Below are positions 29,490-38,161 of a DNA stretch of 64,000 bases, piece by piece (the stretch's first letter is position 1; each line of letters opens with the position of its first letter). Made by a program: the position numbers and the translations under genes. The notes under the pieces are model-generated. The model searched no databases and had not been told where the DNA came from. It saw only the letters and a program-made list of their open reading frames with translations. Location of the stretch: NCBI GenBank assembly GCA_902567435.1, contig CACFMU010000002.1, forward strand, positions 3,990-67,989, given 5' to 3'. The stretch is from an uncultured Pelagibacteraceae bacterium (GTDB taxonomy: Bacteria; Pseudomonadota; Alphaproteobacteria; Pelagibacterales; Pelagibacteraceae).

Positions 29490-29687
29490 ATGGCTTTTGT
29501 TAAATCAGAAAAAATAGAAATTGAAATCCAAAAACAAGTAATGGCTGATGCAGGATGTAAATATATGGTACTAGTTAAATCTGAAAATAATAATCAAAAT
29601 AAACTTAAAATTTTAACTACTGATGTTGAGCCTATAGTTAGGTTTTCTGAAGATAATGGTCGTATTGTAGTTGTTAAAAAGAATTAG
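29490..29687 (+). CDS. Small hypothetical protein
   Basis: 65 aa, starts 1 nt after the ExoI stop. Confidence 0.6.
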   Translation: MAFVKSEKIEIEIQKQVMADAGCKYMVLVKSENNNQNKLKILTTDVEPIVRFSEDNGRIVVVKKN

Positions 29688-30382
29688 CTATTATTTTTTA
29701 ATTCATAATAGGCATCTACTCTTCTCATCGCTTCATCTTTTAAATGCTCAAATTCTTGGCCTTCTATTTTAAATTTTTGAAAAAGTAAATTTGGAGTGCA
29801 CATCAAAATAACTCCCGTTTTAATACTAGTTCCATATACTTTATCGTGTGCCATTGCATATAGACAAAGTTGGAGGAAGTATTCGTTTACAGAAGACCAT
29901 TCACGTTGCTTTGGCTTATTACTTTGTTTCCAGTCTCCCACAGCCATCTTTGAGTCAAAATTAATAATTCCATCAGCAGTTCCTGCATATAAATTTGGAT
30001 AATGTAACACTACCTCACATCCATAGACCTCATCGACATGATCATTAATGCCATTTTTTACTATAGTTTCGGCCATTTTTTTTGGTAAATTAACCTCTTC
30101 AATCAACTCACCGTTCATACGACCTAACAATATTGCCTCGACATAGGAGTGCATATTTGTGCCACGATCACTTGATTGCTTTGCTATAGCTGTAGCATTT
30201 GCTAAACCAACATCTTTTTTCCATTTACTTAATGCATCTTTATCTTTTTGACTTTTAGTCAATGAAAGTATGGTAGTCACGCTTGGTAATTTTTCACCTT
30301 CTACCTCATAATGTCTAGATCCATTATAGATAGATCTCATTGATTTAGGGTAGGCAAACTTATTAATGATTTTCCAAGGCAT
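29684..30382 (-). CDS. Phage-type PD-(D/E)XK exonuclease (Cas4/RecB-like)
   Basis: LPSVTTIL, RGTNMH, YAGTAD, DWKQS, QL..Y. Confidence 0.85.
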   Translation of the reverse strand: MPWKIINKFAYPKSMRSIYNGSRHYEVEGEKLPSVTTILSLTKSQKDKDALSKWKKDVGLANATAIAKQSSDRGTNMHSYVEAILLGRMNGELIEEVNLPKKMAETIVKNGINDHVDEVYGCEVVLHYPNLYAGTADGIINFDSKMAVGDWKQSNKPKQREWSSVNEYFLQLCLYAMAHDKVYGTSIKTGVILMCTPNLLFQKFKIEGQEFEHLKDEAMRRVDAYYELKNNS

Positions 30383-30388
30383 ATTAAT

Positions 30389-30880
30389 TTAAATCCTTTT
30401 TTTTTTAGCTTGAGCTTGATATTCTCTATCTCTTTGCTTTTTAATTTCCCAATCTTTTTGAGATAAATTAATCCATCTGCTTATAGCTGATTTTCTATCT
30501 TTTTGTCTTTTATTTTCTAATCTTTTTTTATCTTTTTTTAATTTTTTATAATATTTTATATCTCTTTCTCTTTTGTTGATTTTATCCTCTTCTGTCTCAT
30601 ATTCTTTCCTTTTTCTATACATTTCTATTTTTTCAGCATCAGTATATCTGTCTGCATATGGTATAGATTTTTTAGTAGCTCCAATGGGCAAATAAGACTT
30701 TCTAAATTTTATATTTTCAGCATACTTAATTTTCTTTAATGTTTTTTTGTTTATTTTTAGTTTTTCTTCAACCTCTTTTTGTGACATTTTTTTTGCTAGT
30801 TCTTTTATTTGAGGAATTAAATCATATGTAGATTGTCTAATATTTAATGGATTATTATTTTTAAATTGATTTTTTTGCAT
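30389..30880 (-). CDS. Basic hypothetical protein, possible N-terminal HTH
   Basis: MSQKEVEEKLKINKKTLKKI; K/R-rich C-terminus. Confidence 0.55.
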   Translation of the reverse strand: MQKNQFKNNNPLNIRQSTYDLIPQIKELAKKMSQKEVEEKLKINKKTLKKIKYAENIKFRKSYLPIGATKKSIPYADRYTDAEKIEMYRKRKEYETEEDKINKRERDIKYYKKLKKDKKRLENKRQKDRKSAISRWINLSQKDWEIKKQRDREYQAQAKKKRI

Positions 30881-30948
30881 ACTAAATTTTCTAATTTGCC
30901 ATATTAAGACCTTTTTTTTATCATTAAATTAATAATTGTTAAAGTTCA

Positions 30949-31875
30949 GTGATGAAAGTTCTTAAATTTAAGATTAATACAAAACGAACCAAAGTTAGAC
31001 CTAATTTAAAAAATATACCTAAAAGTCTTTTAAAAAAAATGTTTGATATGAAGGAGTATGAATCTCAGTTTAAAGATTATACCAAAGCTAAAAAATTGAC
31101 ATTTAAATTTGTATTAGATGAACGTAACAAAACAATCAGATGTATAGATCAGTATTCACCATATTGGCATGGTATTTTTAATACTGAAAAATTAAATCTC
31201 AAAGAAGAATATTCATCTGAAAACGAAAATATATATGGTAGTGAAACAACTAAATGGTACAGGTTAGGTGGCTTTAATGCCACAATGCTCCATCATTATA
31301 TAACTACAATTTCTTCAGCTAAGGGTGGTCTTTTAATTAGACCTTCTGTTTATTTAGCATATCCTCATAAAATTGATGATGAGCCAAAATTTAAATTATG
31401 TGACAGCTTTGATATAGTAATGGATTGTGTTTACAGTAACGAAGAACCATTGACTTTTACTACTGGGCTAGATGATAAAATAGTCAAACAAATTATGAAT
31501 AAGTCCACTATGAAAAAAGCTTTAGAAATACTTTCTGAAAAACCAAAAAAAAGTAGACAGTATTGGAGCAGAAAAATGTTTAAATATGAAAAATTTTTTG
31601 AACATGATGAAAAATATGATTTGGTTAAATTAGCTAAATACCTTAATGAAATTGTTTATGATTTATTGGATAAAGATAACGCTGGAATTTATAGTACAAA
31701 ATTGGTTTTTAAAAAATTTGTTGTTCAATTTTATCAGTTGTATGCGATACATCATAAAATAACATATGCTCAATCTTTGTTGAAGATATTGGATATCTTA
31801 AATCTTTCTGGCAATAAAATAATTGAGGACATTGAATATCCAGTTGAACCTGCTGAAGCTTTTAATAAGCAATAA
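30949..31875 (+). CDS. Hypothetical protein
   Basis: 308-aa open frame, no recognised motif. Confidence 0.65.
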   Translation: MMKVLKFKINTKRTKVRPNLKNIPKSLLKKMFDMKEYESQFKDYTKAKKLTFKFVLDERNKTIRCIDQYSPYWHGIFNTEKLNLKEEYSSENENIYGSETTKWYRLGGFNATMLHHYITTISSAKGGLLIRPSVYLAYPHKIDDEPKFKLCDSFDIVMDCVYSNEEPLTFTTGLDDKIVKQIMNKSTMKKALEILSEKPKKSRQYWSRKMFKYEKFFEHDEKYDLVKLAKYLNEIVYDLLDKDNAGIYSTKLVFKKFVVQFYQLYAIHHKITYAQSLLKILDILNLSGNKIIEDIEYPVEPAEAFNKQ

Positions 31876-31887
31876 CTGGAACCTGTA

Positions 31888-32005
31888 AGTTGGTTAAACG
31901 TTCAGCTTTATATTAATTCACTAACCCTATGTAAGGGACCAAGGGGGTACCTGGTATAGGATATATGTGCTAAAGTGTAGAATATTTATAGGGTGTTAAC
32001 CACTT
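31888..32005. other. GC-enriched structured intergenic element
   Basis: Nested inverted repeats TGGTTAA/TTAACCA, ACCCTAT/ATAGGGT, ACCAAGG/CCTGGT. Confidence 0.45.
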
Positions 32006-32021
32006 TCTATTTTGTTGTTTT

Positions 32022-32822
32022 ATGAGGAATAAGAAAATTAAAAATGAATATCTAAAAAAAAGAGAACTACTTACCTCTTATGATATTTATCGAGCAAAAC
32101 ATAAAAAACTACCTGTAAGCAAAGATGAGTATCAAAATCTTAAAGACGAAATTCTAATATTAGAAAGTCGACATCCAAGTATAAAAGAGATGGGCGATGA
32201 ATTGGTAATAAGAGGAGAATTAAAATACCCTGATGGCACAATTTATAAAGGAGCAATAAAAAGTGCTGATCAACAAATTCCTCATGGTCGTGGTTTTATG
32301 TGTTTAAATCAATTTGATATAGATTTTGAGTCTGAAACACATGGTAAAAAATTAACTGATAATCCTTGGGATTATATTGGTGAATTCAAAGACGGTGTTT
32401 TCGATGGTCAAGGTGAGTACAGATGTAAGGGAAATTATTCATATAATGGTGAATGGAAGAAAAGCCATTTTCATGGAAAGGGCAAATTAATTCTTGAAGA
32501 AGCCAAAGAGGTTTATGAGGGTGAGTTTGTTGATAGTAAAAAAAATGGATATGGCACTTTGATAGTATCCGATCAATTTAAAACAGAGGGTAAATGGATA
32601 GATGATAAGTTACATGGAGAAGGGAAAATAACATTTTTAAAAGATATTGATGAAGAAGAGAAAGGAACAATTATTAAAGGTAATTTTGTAAAAGGTAATT
32701 TACATGGTTCCTCCGAAGTAATTTATCCGGATGGTGATATTCTAGAATGTATAAATAAAAATGGTGTACGTATTAAAGTAAGATTTAAAGGCGAAAAAAA
32801 ATGGACCATTATCAAGAAGTAA
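32022..32822 (+). CDS. MORN-repeat protein with LigA-domain-Ia-like N-terminus
   Basis: Repeats YxGxxxxxxxxGxG (YIGEFKDGVFDGQG, YNGEWKKSHFHGKG, YEGEFVDSKKNGYG). Confidence 0.8.
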   Translation: MRNKKIKNEYLKKRELLTSYDIYRAKHKKLPVSKDEYQNLKDEILILESRHPSIKEMGDELVIRGELKYPDGTIYKGAIKSADQQIPHGRGFMCLNQFDIDFESETHGKKLTDNPWDYIGEFKDGVFDGQGEYRCKGNYSYNGEWKKSHFHGKGKLILEEAKEVYEGEFVDSKKNGYGTLIVSDQFKTEGKWIDDKLHGEGKITFLKDIDEEEKGTIIKGNFVKGNLHGSSEVIYPDGDILECINKNGVRIKVRFKGEKKWTIIKK

Positions 32823-32966
32823 ATAAATTTTGTAAATACTGGTTAACAAATCCAAAAATTAAGCAACTTTTTAAAACATATGAATTTGTTAAATATCTTT
32901 ACATTTTTAAACGATATAGACTCTATTTGTCATTTAAATTTGATAAATATAGTGGCATAATAATTA

Positions 32967-34151
32967 ATGGCTGAAACTCACGACAAAGGTGCAATAGACT
33001 CTTCATCAGTAATTTTAAATAAGATAAGATCTGAGGATAATGAGTTTAAACAAATTTTCACGACAAGATTTCATAGAGCAGGGTTTACAGGATGGCCTAA
33101 AGCTGATGCAGTTTTCAAAGATTATTTTGATGAAAAAGAAATAACTATTGGATTAGAATATAAACCTCCATACCAGGATAAAAGGGAATATATGACAGGA
33201 GTTGGACAAGCAATCTCTTATCTTTATCATAATGATTATGCTGGTCTTATTATTCCTAAATTTTCAAAAGATAATTTTCCTATTTCAGATTTTGTTATTG
33301 ATCTAGTTAATAAAAGAGATGAATTGAATAAATTACCAATTTGTATCTTTGACTATGATCCAAAAATCCCAATCAATTCAGATAATCTGTTTTTAAAGAA
33401 AAAAATACATAAAAAAAATGATTATATTTTTGAAAAAAAAGATGACAAAGGCAAAGTAAAGGTATTTTGGGCATGGTGGAGAGATCTCAGTAATTATGAA
33501 ATTTATGATATTTTATCTCTATGTAAAAATTATGACGAAAAAAAATCAGAGGATATTTATACAAACTATGTGTGGCCTGAATTTAAAAAAAAATTAGAAA
33601 ATAAAGAAGCATTGACTTGGGAGGGTACACCAAGAAATAGACCTTCAATACCAGCTGGTGAAAAACAAAATTATAAAATTCCACTATTTCAATTAGGTTT
33701 TATTAATCAAGACACTGGGCACTTAACGCAATATGGTTACAGATTTTTAAATTTATGTGATCAAGTAGGCCCTGAAAGTAAAATTTTTATGAAAGCGCTT
33801 GGAAATCATATTCTTAGGGAGGGAAAACATATGCAATTGATTGATTTAATCTATTACTTCCAAGAAAAAATTTTAAAACAAAATGTAAAATTTAATTCAA
33901 ATGAACATAAGGAATTATTTGATAATTATTTAATTGATGTGGGACAAGTTCCACCTTGGGAAGAACGAAAGCCTGGAAGAAAAACTACTGGTGGAAAACA
34001 ATACTATATTCGAGATGAGTTTAAGTTGTGGAACAAACTAGGTTTTCTTTGTGGAGATAGAAACCGCTATTTTAGAGAAAATTATGGATTACAATTTGAT
34101 TGGCCTAAAATTATGGAAACTTATAATTTTGATATTCATAAATTTATTTAA
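32967..34151 (+). CDS. Putative restriction endonuclease (PD-(D/E)XK)
   Basis: PKADAVF...GLEYKP...GVGQAISY motif; convergent with two m5C MTases. Confidence 0.65.
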   Translation: MAETHDKGAIDSSSVILNKIRSEDNEFKQIFTTRFHRAGFTGWPKADAVFKDYFDEKEITIGLEYKPPYQDKREYMTGVGQAISYLYHNDYAGLIIPKFSKDNFPISDFVIDLVNKRDELNKLPICIFDYDPKIPINSDNLFLKKKIHKKNDYIFEKKDDKGKVKVFWAWWRDLSNYEIYDILSLCKNYDEKKSEDIYTNYVWPEFKKKLENKEALTWEGTPRNRPSIPAGEKQNYKIPLFQLGFINQDTGHLTQYGYRFLNLCDQVGPESKIFMKALGNHILREGKHMQLIDLIYYFQEKILKQNVKFNSNEHKELFDNYLIDVGQVPPWEERKPGRKTTGGKQYYIRDEFKLWNKLGFLCGDRNRYFRENYGLQFDWPKIMETYNFDIHKFI

Positions 34152-35190
34152 CAATCTTACCAGTTAAATTTTTTTTACTAAAAATAATACTCTCTTTTAT
34201 TTTTTTTCCTAAAATTTTAGCTAACTTTATTGGAACAGCATTTCCAACCAAAATACATTGCTCCTGTCTTGTTCCTTGAAAAATTACTTTATCGGGAAAG
34301 GTTTGTAATCTAGCTGCCTCTCTTACCGTTAAAGACCTATTTAAAGTAGGATGTAGTGGAAATGCATTATGTCCTGGAACCATGGTTCCTGAGGGTAATT
34401 TTCTATCAAGTCTTCTATATATATGGCTAAAATTTTTTAAACTATTGTTTTTGTAGTCACTTCTACTTCCAAATAATAATTGCTTAGGTATATTTTTTGT
34501 AATTCCTCCCCCTTCATTAATAAAAGAAATTCTTTTTTTAACAATTTCATTATGTTTCATAGGCACATGATTAGAAATTTTTACATTTTTTGTTAGATCC
34601 ATTATTGCGTCTCCAACAGTTCTATATTTTTTTTTTGTACAAATAGGGTCTGGAAATGTAAAATTAAATTCATCTTTATAACCAATTAAAAATACTCTTT
34701 TTCTTAATTGAGGTACTCCATAATCTGCAGCATTTAAAAGTTTATAATCAATATCATAACCACATGAGATAAAGAATTTTTTTAATCTATTAAAATAAAA
34801 AATATTTTTTTCTTGAATTAGTCCACTTACATTTTCCATAACAAAAAACTTTGGATTTAAAGTTTTGACAATCCGACCAAATTCAAAAATTAAATCATTT
34901 CTTTTATCATTAATATTTTGTTTACCAATTGATGAGAAGCCTTGACATGGCGGACCTCCTATAACCACATCAATTTTTTTATTTTTAAAAATCTCTCTAA
35001 TTTCGTAACTTGAATAATCTTGAATTGATTTGGTAAAAATTTCTTCTTTTTTAAAATTTTTTTTATGAGACATTATTGCTGGTTTCCAGTTATCAAAAGC
35101 TCCAACACAGTTAAAACCAGCTTCTTTGAAGCCTAAAGAAAAACCACCTGCTCCACAAAATAAGTCTACAAAATTAAGCTGCTTTTTCAT
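34144..35190 (-). CDS. DNA (cytosine-5)-methyltransferase
   Basis: DLFCGAGG, GGPPCQGFS, ENV, QLRKR, GNAV. Confidence 0.95.
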   Translation of the reverse strand: MKKQLNFVDLFCGAGGFSLGFKEAGFNCVGAFDNWKPAIMSHKKNFKKEEIFTKSIQDYSSYEIREIFKNKKIDVVIGGPPCQGFSSIGKQNINDKRNDLIFEFGRIVKTLNPKFFVMENVSGLIQEKNIFYFNRLKKFFISCGYDIDYKLLNAADYGVPQLRKRVFLIGYKDEFNFTFPDPICTKKKYRTVGDAIMDLTKNVKISNHVPMKHNEIVKKRISFINEGGGITKNIPKQLLFGSRSDYKNNSLKNFSHIYRRLDRKLPSGTMVPGHNAFPLHPTLNRSLTVREAARLQTFPDKVIFQGTRQEQCILVGNAVPIKLAKILGKKIKESIIFSKKNLTGKIVK

Positions 35191-36217
35191 TTTTTTTTAA
35201 ATCTTTTTTTAATAAAATTTTTTTTAAATGTTTGGCCCAGCATTGTGCCATTTTGACAGGAACAGAATTACCGACTTGCATACATTGTTCATGTCTTGGA
35301 CCAACAAAAATGAAATTATCTGGGTAAGTTTGTATTCTTGCTGCTTCCCGAACAGTCAACGATCTATTTAACCATGGATGTATTGGAAAGGCATTATGCC
35401 CTGGTACCATAGTTAATGAAGGCTTATTTCTATGAAGTCTTTTGAAAGTATTTCCAAAATTTTTTCTAAATAATTCTTTTGAAAGCTTATTTTCTGGAAG
35501 CCTTCCACCCTCTGGTATTAAACTATATCTCTTTAGATTTTTAGGCTTATGGTTAAGTGGAACATGATTTATTTTGGTATCAATTTTTATTTCAGCTAAA
35601 TCACTAATTATAGAATTAATAGAAACTTCTTTTTTTAAAAATAAATTTTCACCATGAGTAGTATTAGGTTTTGAAATCTCATATTTATCTATTCTTGTTC
35701 CGATAATAAAAACTCTTTTTCTATATTGAGGAACACCATAATTAACAGCATCTAATTTAAAAACCTGATATCTGTAACCAAAAGATTCAATTTTTTTTTT
35801 TAATGCCTCAAAAATTTTTCCCTTTTCTCTAGTAAGTATACCACTTACATTTTCCATTAAAAAAATTTTGGGATTTAAATAGTTAACATGCTCCATAAAT
35901 GAAAATACCAAATTATTTCTAAAGTCTTTTTTTTCTCTTTTTTGTTTAAGTGATGAAGCTCTAGATCCTATAGTTGAAAATCCTTGGCAAGGTGGTCCTC
36001 CCACAACAATATCTGGTTTTAAACCCTTAAAATTCTCTTTTTTAAGTTGAGACAAATCTTCCAATATAAATTTTGTTTTAGGTAAATTTTTTTGATAAAC
36101 TTTTTGACAATAAGGATCTATGTCAGCTGCGAGCTCAACATGAAATTTTTCTTGAATAAATCCTAATGTAAAACCACCAGATCCACAAAACAAGTCAACG
36201 ATTTTTAATTTATTCAT
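35174..36217 (-). CDS. DNA (cytosine-5)-methyltransferase
   Basis: DLFCGSGG, GGPPCQGFS, ENV, QYRKR, GNSV. Confidence 0.95.
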   Translation of the reverse strand: MNKLKIVDLFCGSGGFTLGFIQEKFHVELAADIDPYCQKVYQKNLPKTKFILEDLSQLKKENFKGLKPDIVVGGPPCQGFSTIGSRASSLKQKREKKDFRNNLVFSFMEHVNYLNPKIFLMENVSGILTREKGKIFEALKKKIESFGYRYQVFKLDAVNYGVPQYRKRVFIIGTRIDKYEISKPNTTHGENLFLKKEVSINSIISDLAEIKIDTKINHVPLNHKPKNLKRYSLIPEGGRLPENKLSKELFRKNFGNTFKRLHRNKPSLTMVPGHNAFPIHPWLNRSLTVREAARIQTYPDNFIFVGPRHEQCMQVGNSVPVKMAQCWAKHLKKILLKKDLKKNEKAA

Positions 36218-36306
36218 AATGATTCAGAATAAATACTATATCACAACTTTATCAAAAAATTATATTGACTGTTGATAACTTTTTCAATTTCATTATTAAT
36301 AATATT

Positions 36307-36441
36307 ATGGATCTTCTTTTTATCTCAAAATTATTATTATTAGTGGGAGCAATAATTGTGGTTTATGCAGTTGCTAGAAACCTTGATATTATTAAGATTA
36401 TTTTAGTTTATTGGAAAGACTTAATACTTGGTCGAAAGTAA
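36307..36441 (+). CDS. Putative 44-aa membrane peptide
   Basis: Manual translation MDLLFISKLLLLVGAIIVVYAVARNLDIIKIILVYWKDLILGRK*; below the ORF-track cutoff. Confidence 0.45.
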   Translation: MDLLFISKLLLLVGAIIVVYAVARNLDIIKIILVYWKDLILGRK

Positions 36442-37113
36442 TTTTGCTAACTTTTGAAACTCTTTATTTTTAAGAGACGATTTTCCAACCATCATACAAA
36501 GTTCAGACTTTAAAATATAACCATCGTTGATTATTCTAAGATTATTAGCAGCTAGTGTTGATCCAGTGCTTGTGATATCTGTAATCAACTCAGAACTGCC
36601 TGTAAAAGGTGCCACTTCAGTACTGCCAACAGATTTAACAAGAGAAAATTGGGTTACACCCTTATTATAAAAAAATTCACGTGTTAAGTTTGGATACTTA
36701 GTTGCAACTCTTAATCTTCTCTTCTTTTTATCCTTAAATTCAAATGCTACTTCTTCAAGGTCCGCCATTGAAAATATATCTATAAAATCATTTGGAATTG
36801 CCACTACTAGTGTTGCTTTGCCATAAGGATAACTTTTATATACATTAATGTTTTTTTGAATGTTTATCTCACTTTCTTTTAATAAGTCTAATCCTGAAAA
36901 ACCCATATCAAGTGACTTATCTGCTAATCTCTCGATTATTTGACGAGCATGTAAATATATAATTTGAATATTTTTCTTTGCTTTAACTGAACCAAATAAA
37001 TCACGGTCTCCTCTTTTTGAGATTAATTTTAATTTATTTTTCTTAAAGATATTTAAAACATCTTTTCTAAGTCTACCTTTGCTAGGAATACCAATTTTAA
37101 TTAAATCTTTCAT
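36421..37113 (-). CDS. hisG: ATP phosphoribosyltransferase, short form
   Basis: IPSKGRL, RVATKYP, GSTEVAP, DITSTGSTL..N. Confidence 0.95.
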   Translation of the reverse strand: MKDLIKIGIPSKGRLRKDVLNIFKKNKLKLISKRGDRDLFGSVKAKKNIQIIYLHARQIIERLADKSLDMGFSGLDLLKESEINIQKNINVYKSYPYGKATLVVAIPNDFIDIFSMADLEEVAFEFKDKKKRRLRVATKYPNLTREFFYNKGVTQFSLVKSVGSTEVAPFTGSSELITDITSTGSTLAANNLRIINDGYILKSELCMMVGKSSLKNKEFQKLAKLLSTKY

Positions 37114-37117
37114 AAAA

Positions 37118-38161
37118 TTATAAATTAAAAGCAGCTCCTACTGCTGAAACTTTCTTTTTAGATCCTAGATCTGAAATCAAACCATCATAACGGCCTCCTG
37201 CACAACAGTTAATTATTTTAGAATTTGATTTAATATCAATTTTAAAAACCATACCTGTATAATATTCAAGTTTTCCACCTGAAGTAGAGAACATTACATT
37301 TAACTTTGATACTTTATTTGATGAAATTGGAAAATACTTTTGATCAACTGCTAAATTAATCTTATTTTTTTTAAAAAATTTATTTAATTCTTTTACGGCA
37401 TTATTGATTGGACATTTAATTTTTAAAAAGGATCTAATTATTTTTGAAACTTTTTTACCCTTGCTTGCTGTTCTTGGGTCTTTTATTTTAGTATCAAATC
37501 TTTTTAAAATTTCTCCAATTGATCTTCCAGCAATCATTGTTGATGGATCTTGTTTTAATAAATCTAAAAATTTTTTTTTATCAACCTCAACTACTGTAGG
37601 GTCAATATCAGCGTTAGTTTCTAATCGTTTTAATAAATCATTAAAATATTCGTCTCGCCAGAAATGTCTTAATAGTCTTAATTTCCATCTTGCTGGTATT
37701 TCTAATTTTGAAATTAACAATTTAAATATCTCAACATTACCAATGGTTAATGTGCCTGATGAGTATTTTAAATTTTGAAGTGATTTTAAAGATGTATTAA
37801 TAATTTCTTTATCATCATTTTTTTCATCTTTAGATCCTAGAATTTCAAATCCTATTTGATTTCTAATAATAGAGTCTTTTTTATTTTGTGACTTTCTATA
37901 AGCTTGACCGCTATAAAAAATCTTTTCTTTTCCTTTTAAATTGTTCTCCAAATATCTAAGACATGATACAATTGTTAAATCAGGTCTAAGACAGATTTCT
38001 TTCCCTTCTTGGTCGGTAAATGAAAATATAAATTTCCTAAAGTTTTCACCTGATCTTTGAACAATATGATTAGCCTCAATTACTGAAGGTAAATCGATAT
38101 ACTTAAATCCTTTAGATTTGACCGATCTAAGGATATTTTCAGATAAGTTTTTTGATTTCAT
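37118..38161 (-). CDS. hisZ: ATP phosphoribosyltransferase regulatory subunit
   Basis: LRPDLT, YYTGMVF, GGRYDGL; between hisS and hisG. Confidence 0.9.
   Translation of the reverse strand: MKSKNLSENILRSVKSKGFKYIDLPSVIEANHIVQRSGENFRKFIFSFTDQEGKEICLRPDLTIVSCLRYLENNLKGKEKIFYSGQAYRKSQNKKDSIIRNQIGFEILGSKDEKNDDKEIINTSLKSLQNLKYSSGTLTIGNVEIFKLLISKLEIPARWKLRLLRHFWRDEYFNDLLKRLETNADIDPTVVEVDKKKFLDLLKQDPSTMIAGRSIGEILKRFDTKIKDPRTASKGKKVSKIIRSFLKIKCPINNAVKELNKFFKKNKINLAVDQKYFPISSNKVSKLNVMFSTSGGKLEYYTGMVFKIDIKSNSKIINCCAGGRYDGLISDLGSKKKVSAVGAAFNL

Larger units (their letters stand above)
23882..36441. mobile_element. Accessory genomic island between folC and hisG (phage/defence-like cargo; no integrase seen)
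   Basis: Housekeeping operons interrupted by unknown ORFs, CI-like repressor, nucleases and R-M genes; boundaries approximate. Confidence 0.75.

Noticed and set aside
31920-32000. Twister or hammerhead ribozyme in the structured spacer
   Set aside because: Some twister-like words (UAACAC, GGUCCC, AGGG) occur on the minus strand, but the conserved core elements are missing
36288-36316. dif-like site (…TATTATGGATCTT)
   Set aside because: Only a partial XerD-arm resemblance and no XerC arm
24200-36420. Intact prophage, or att direct repeats at the island ends
   Set aside because: No integrase, terminase, structural or lysis genes; no convincing direct repeat found by eye
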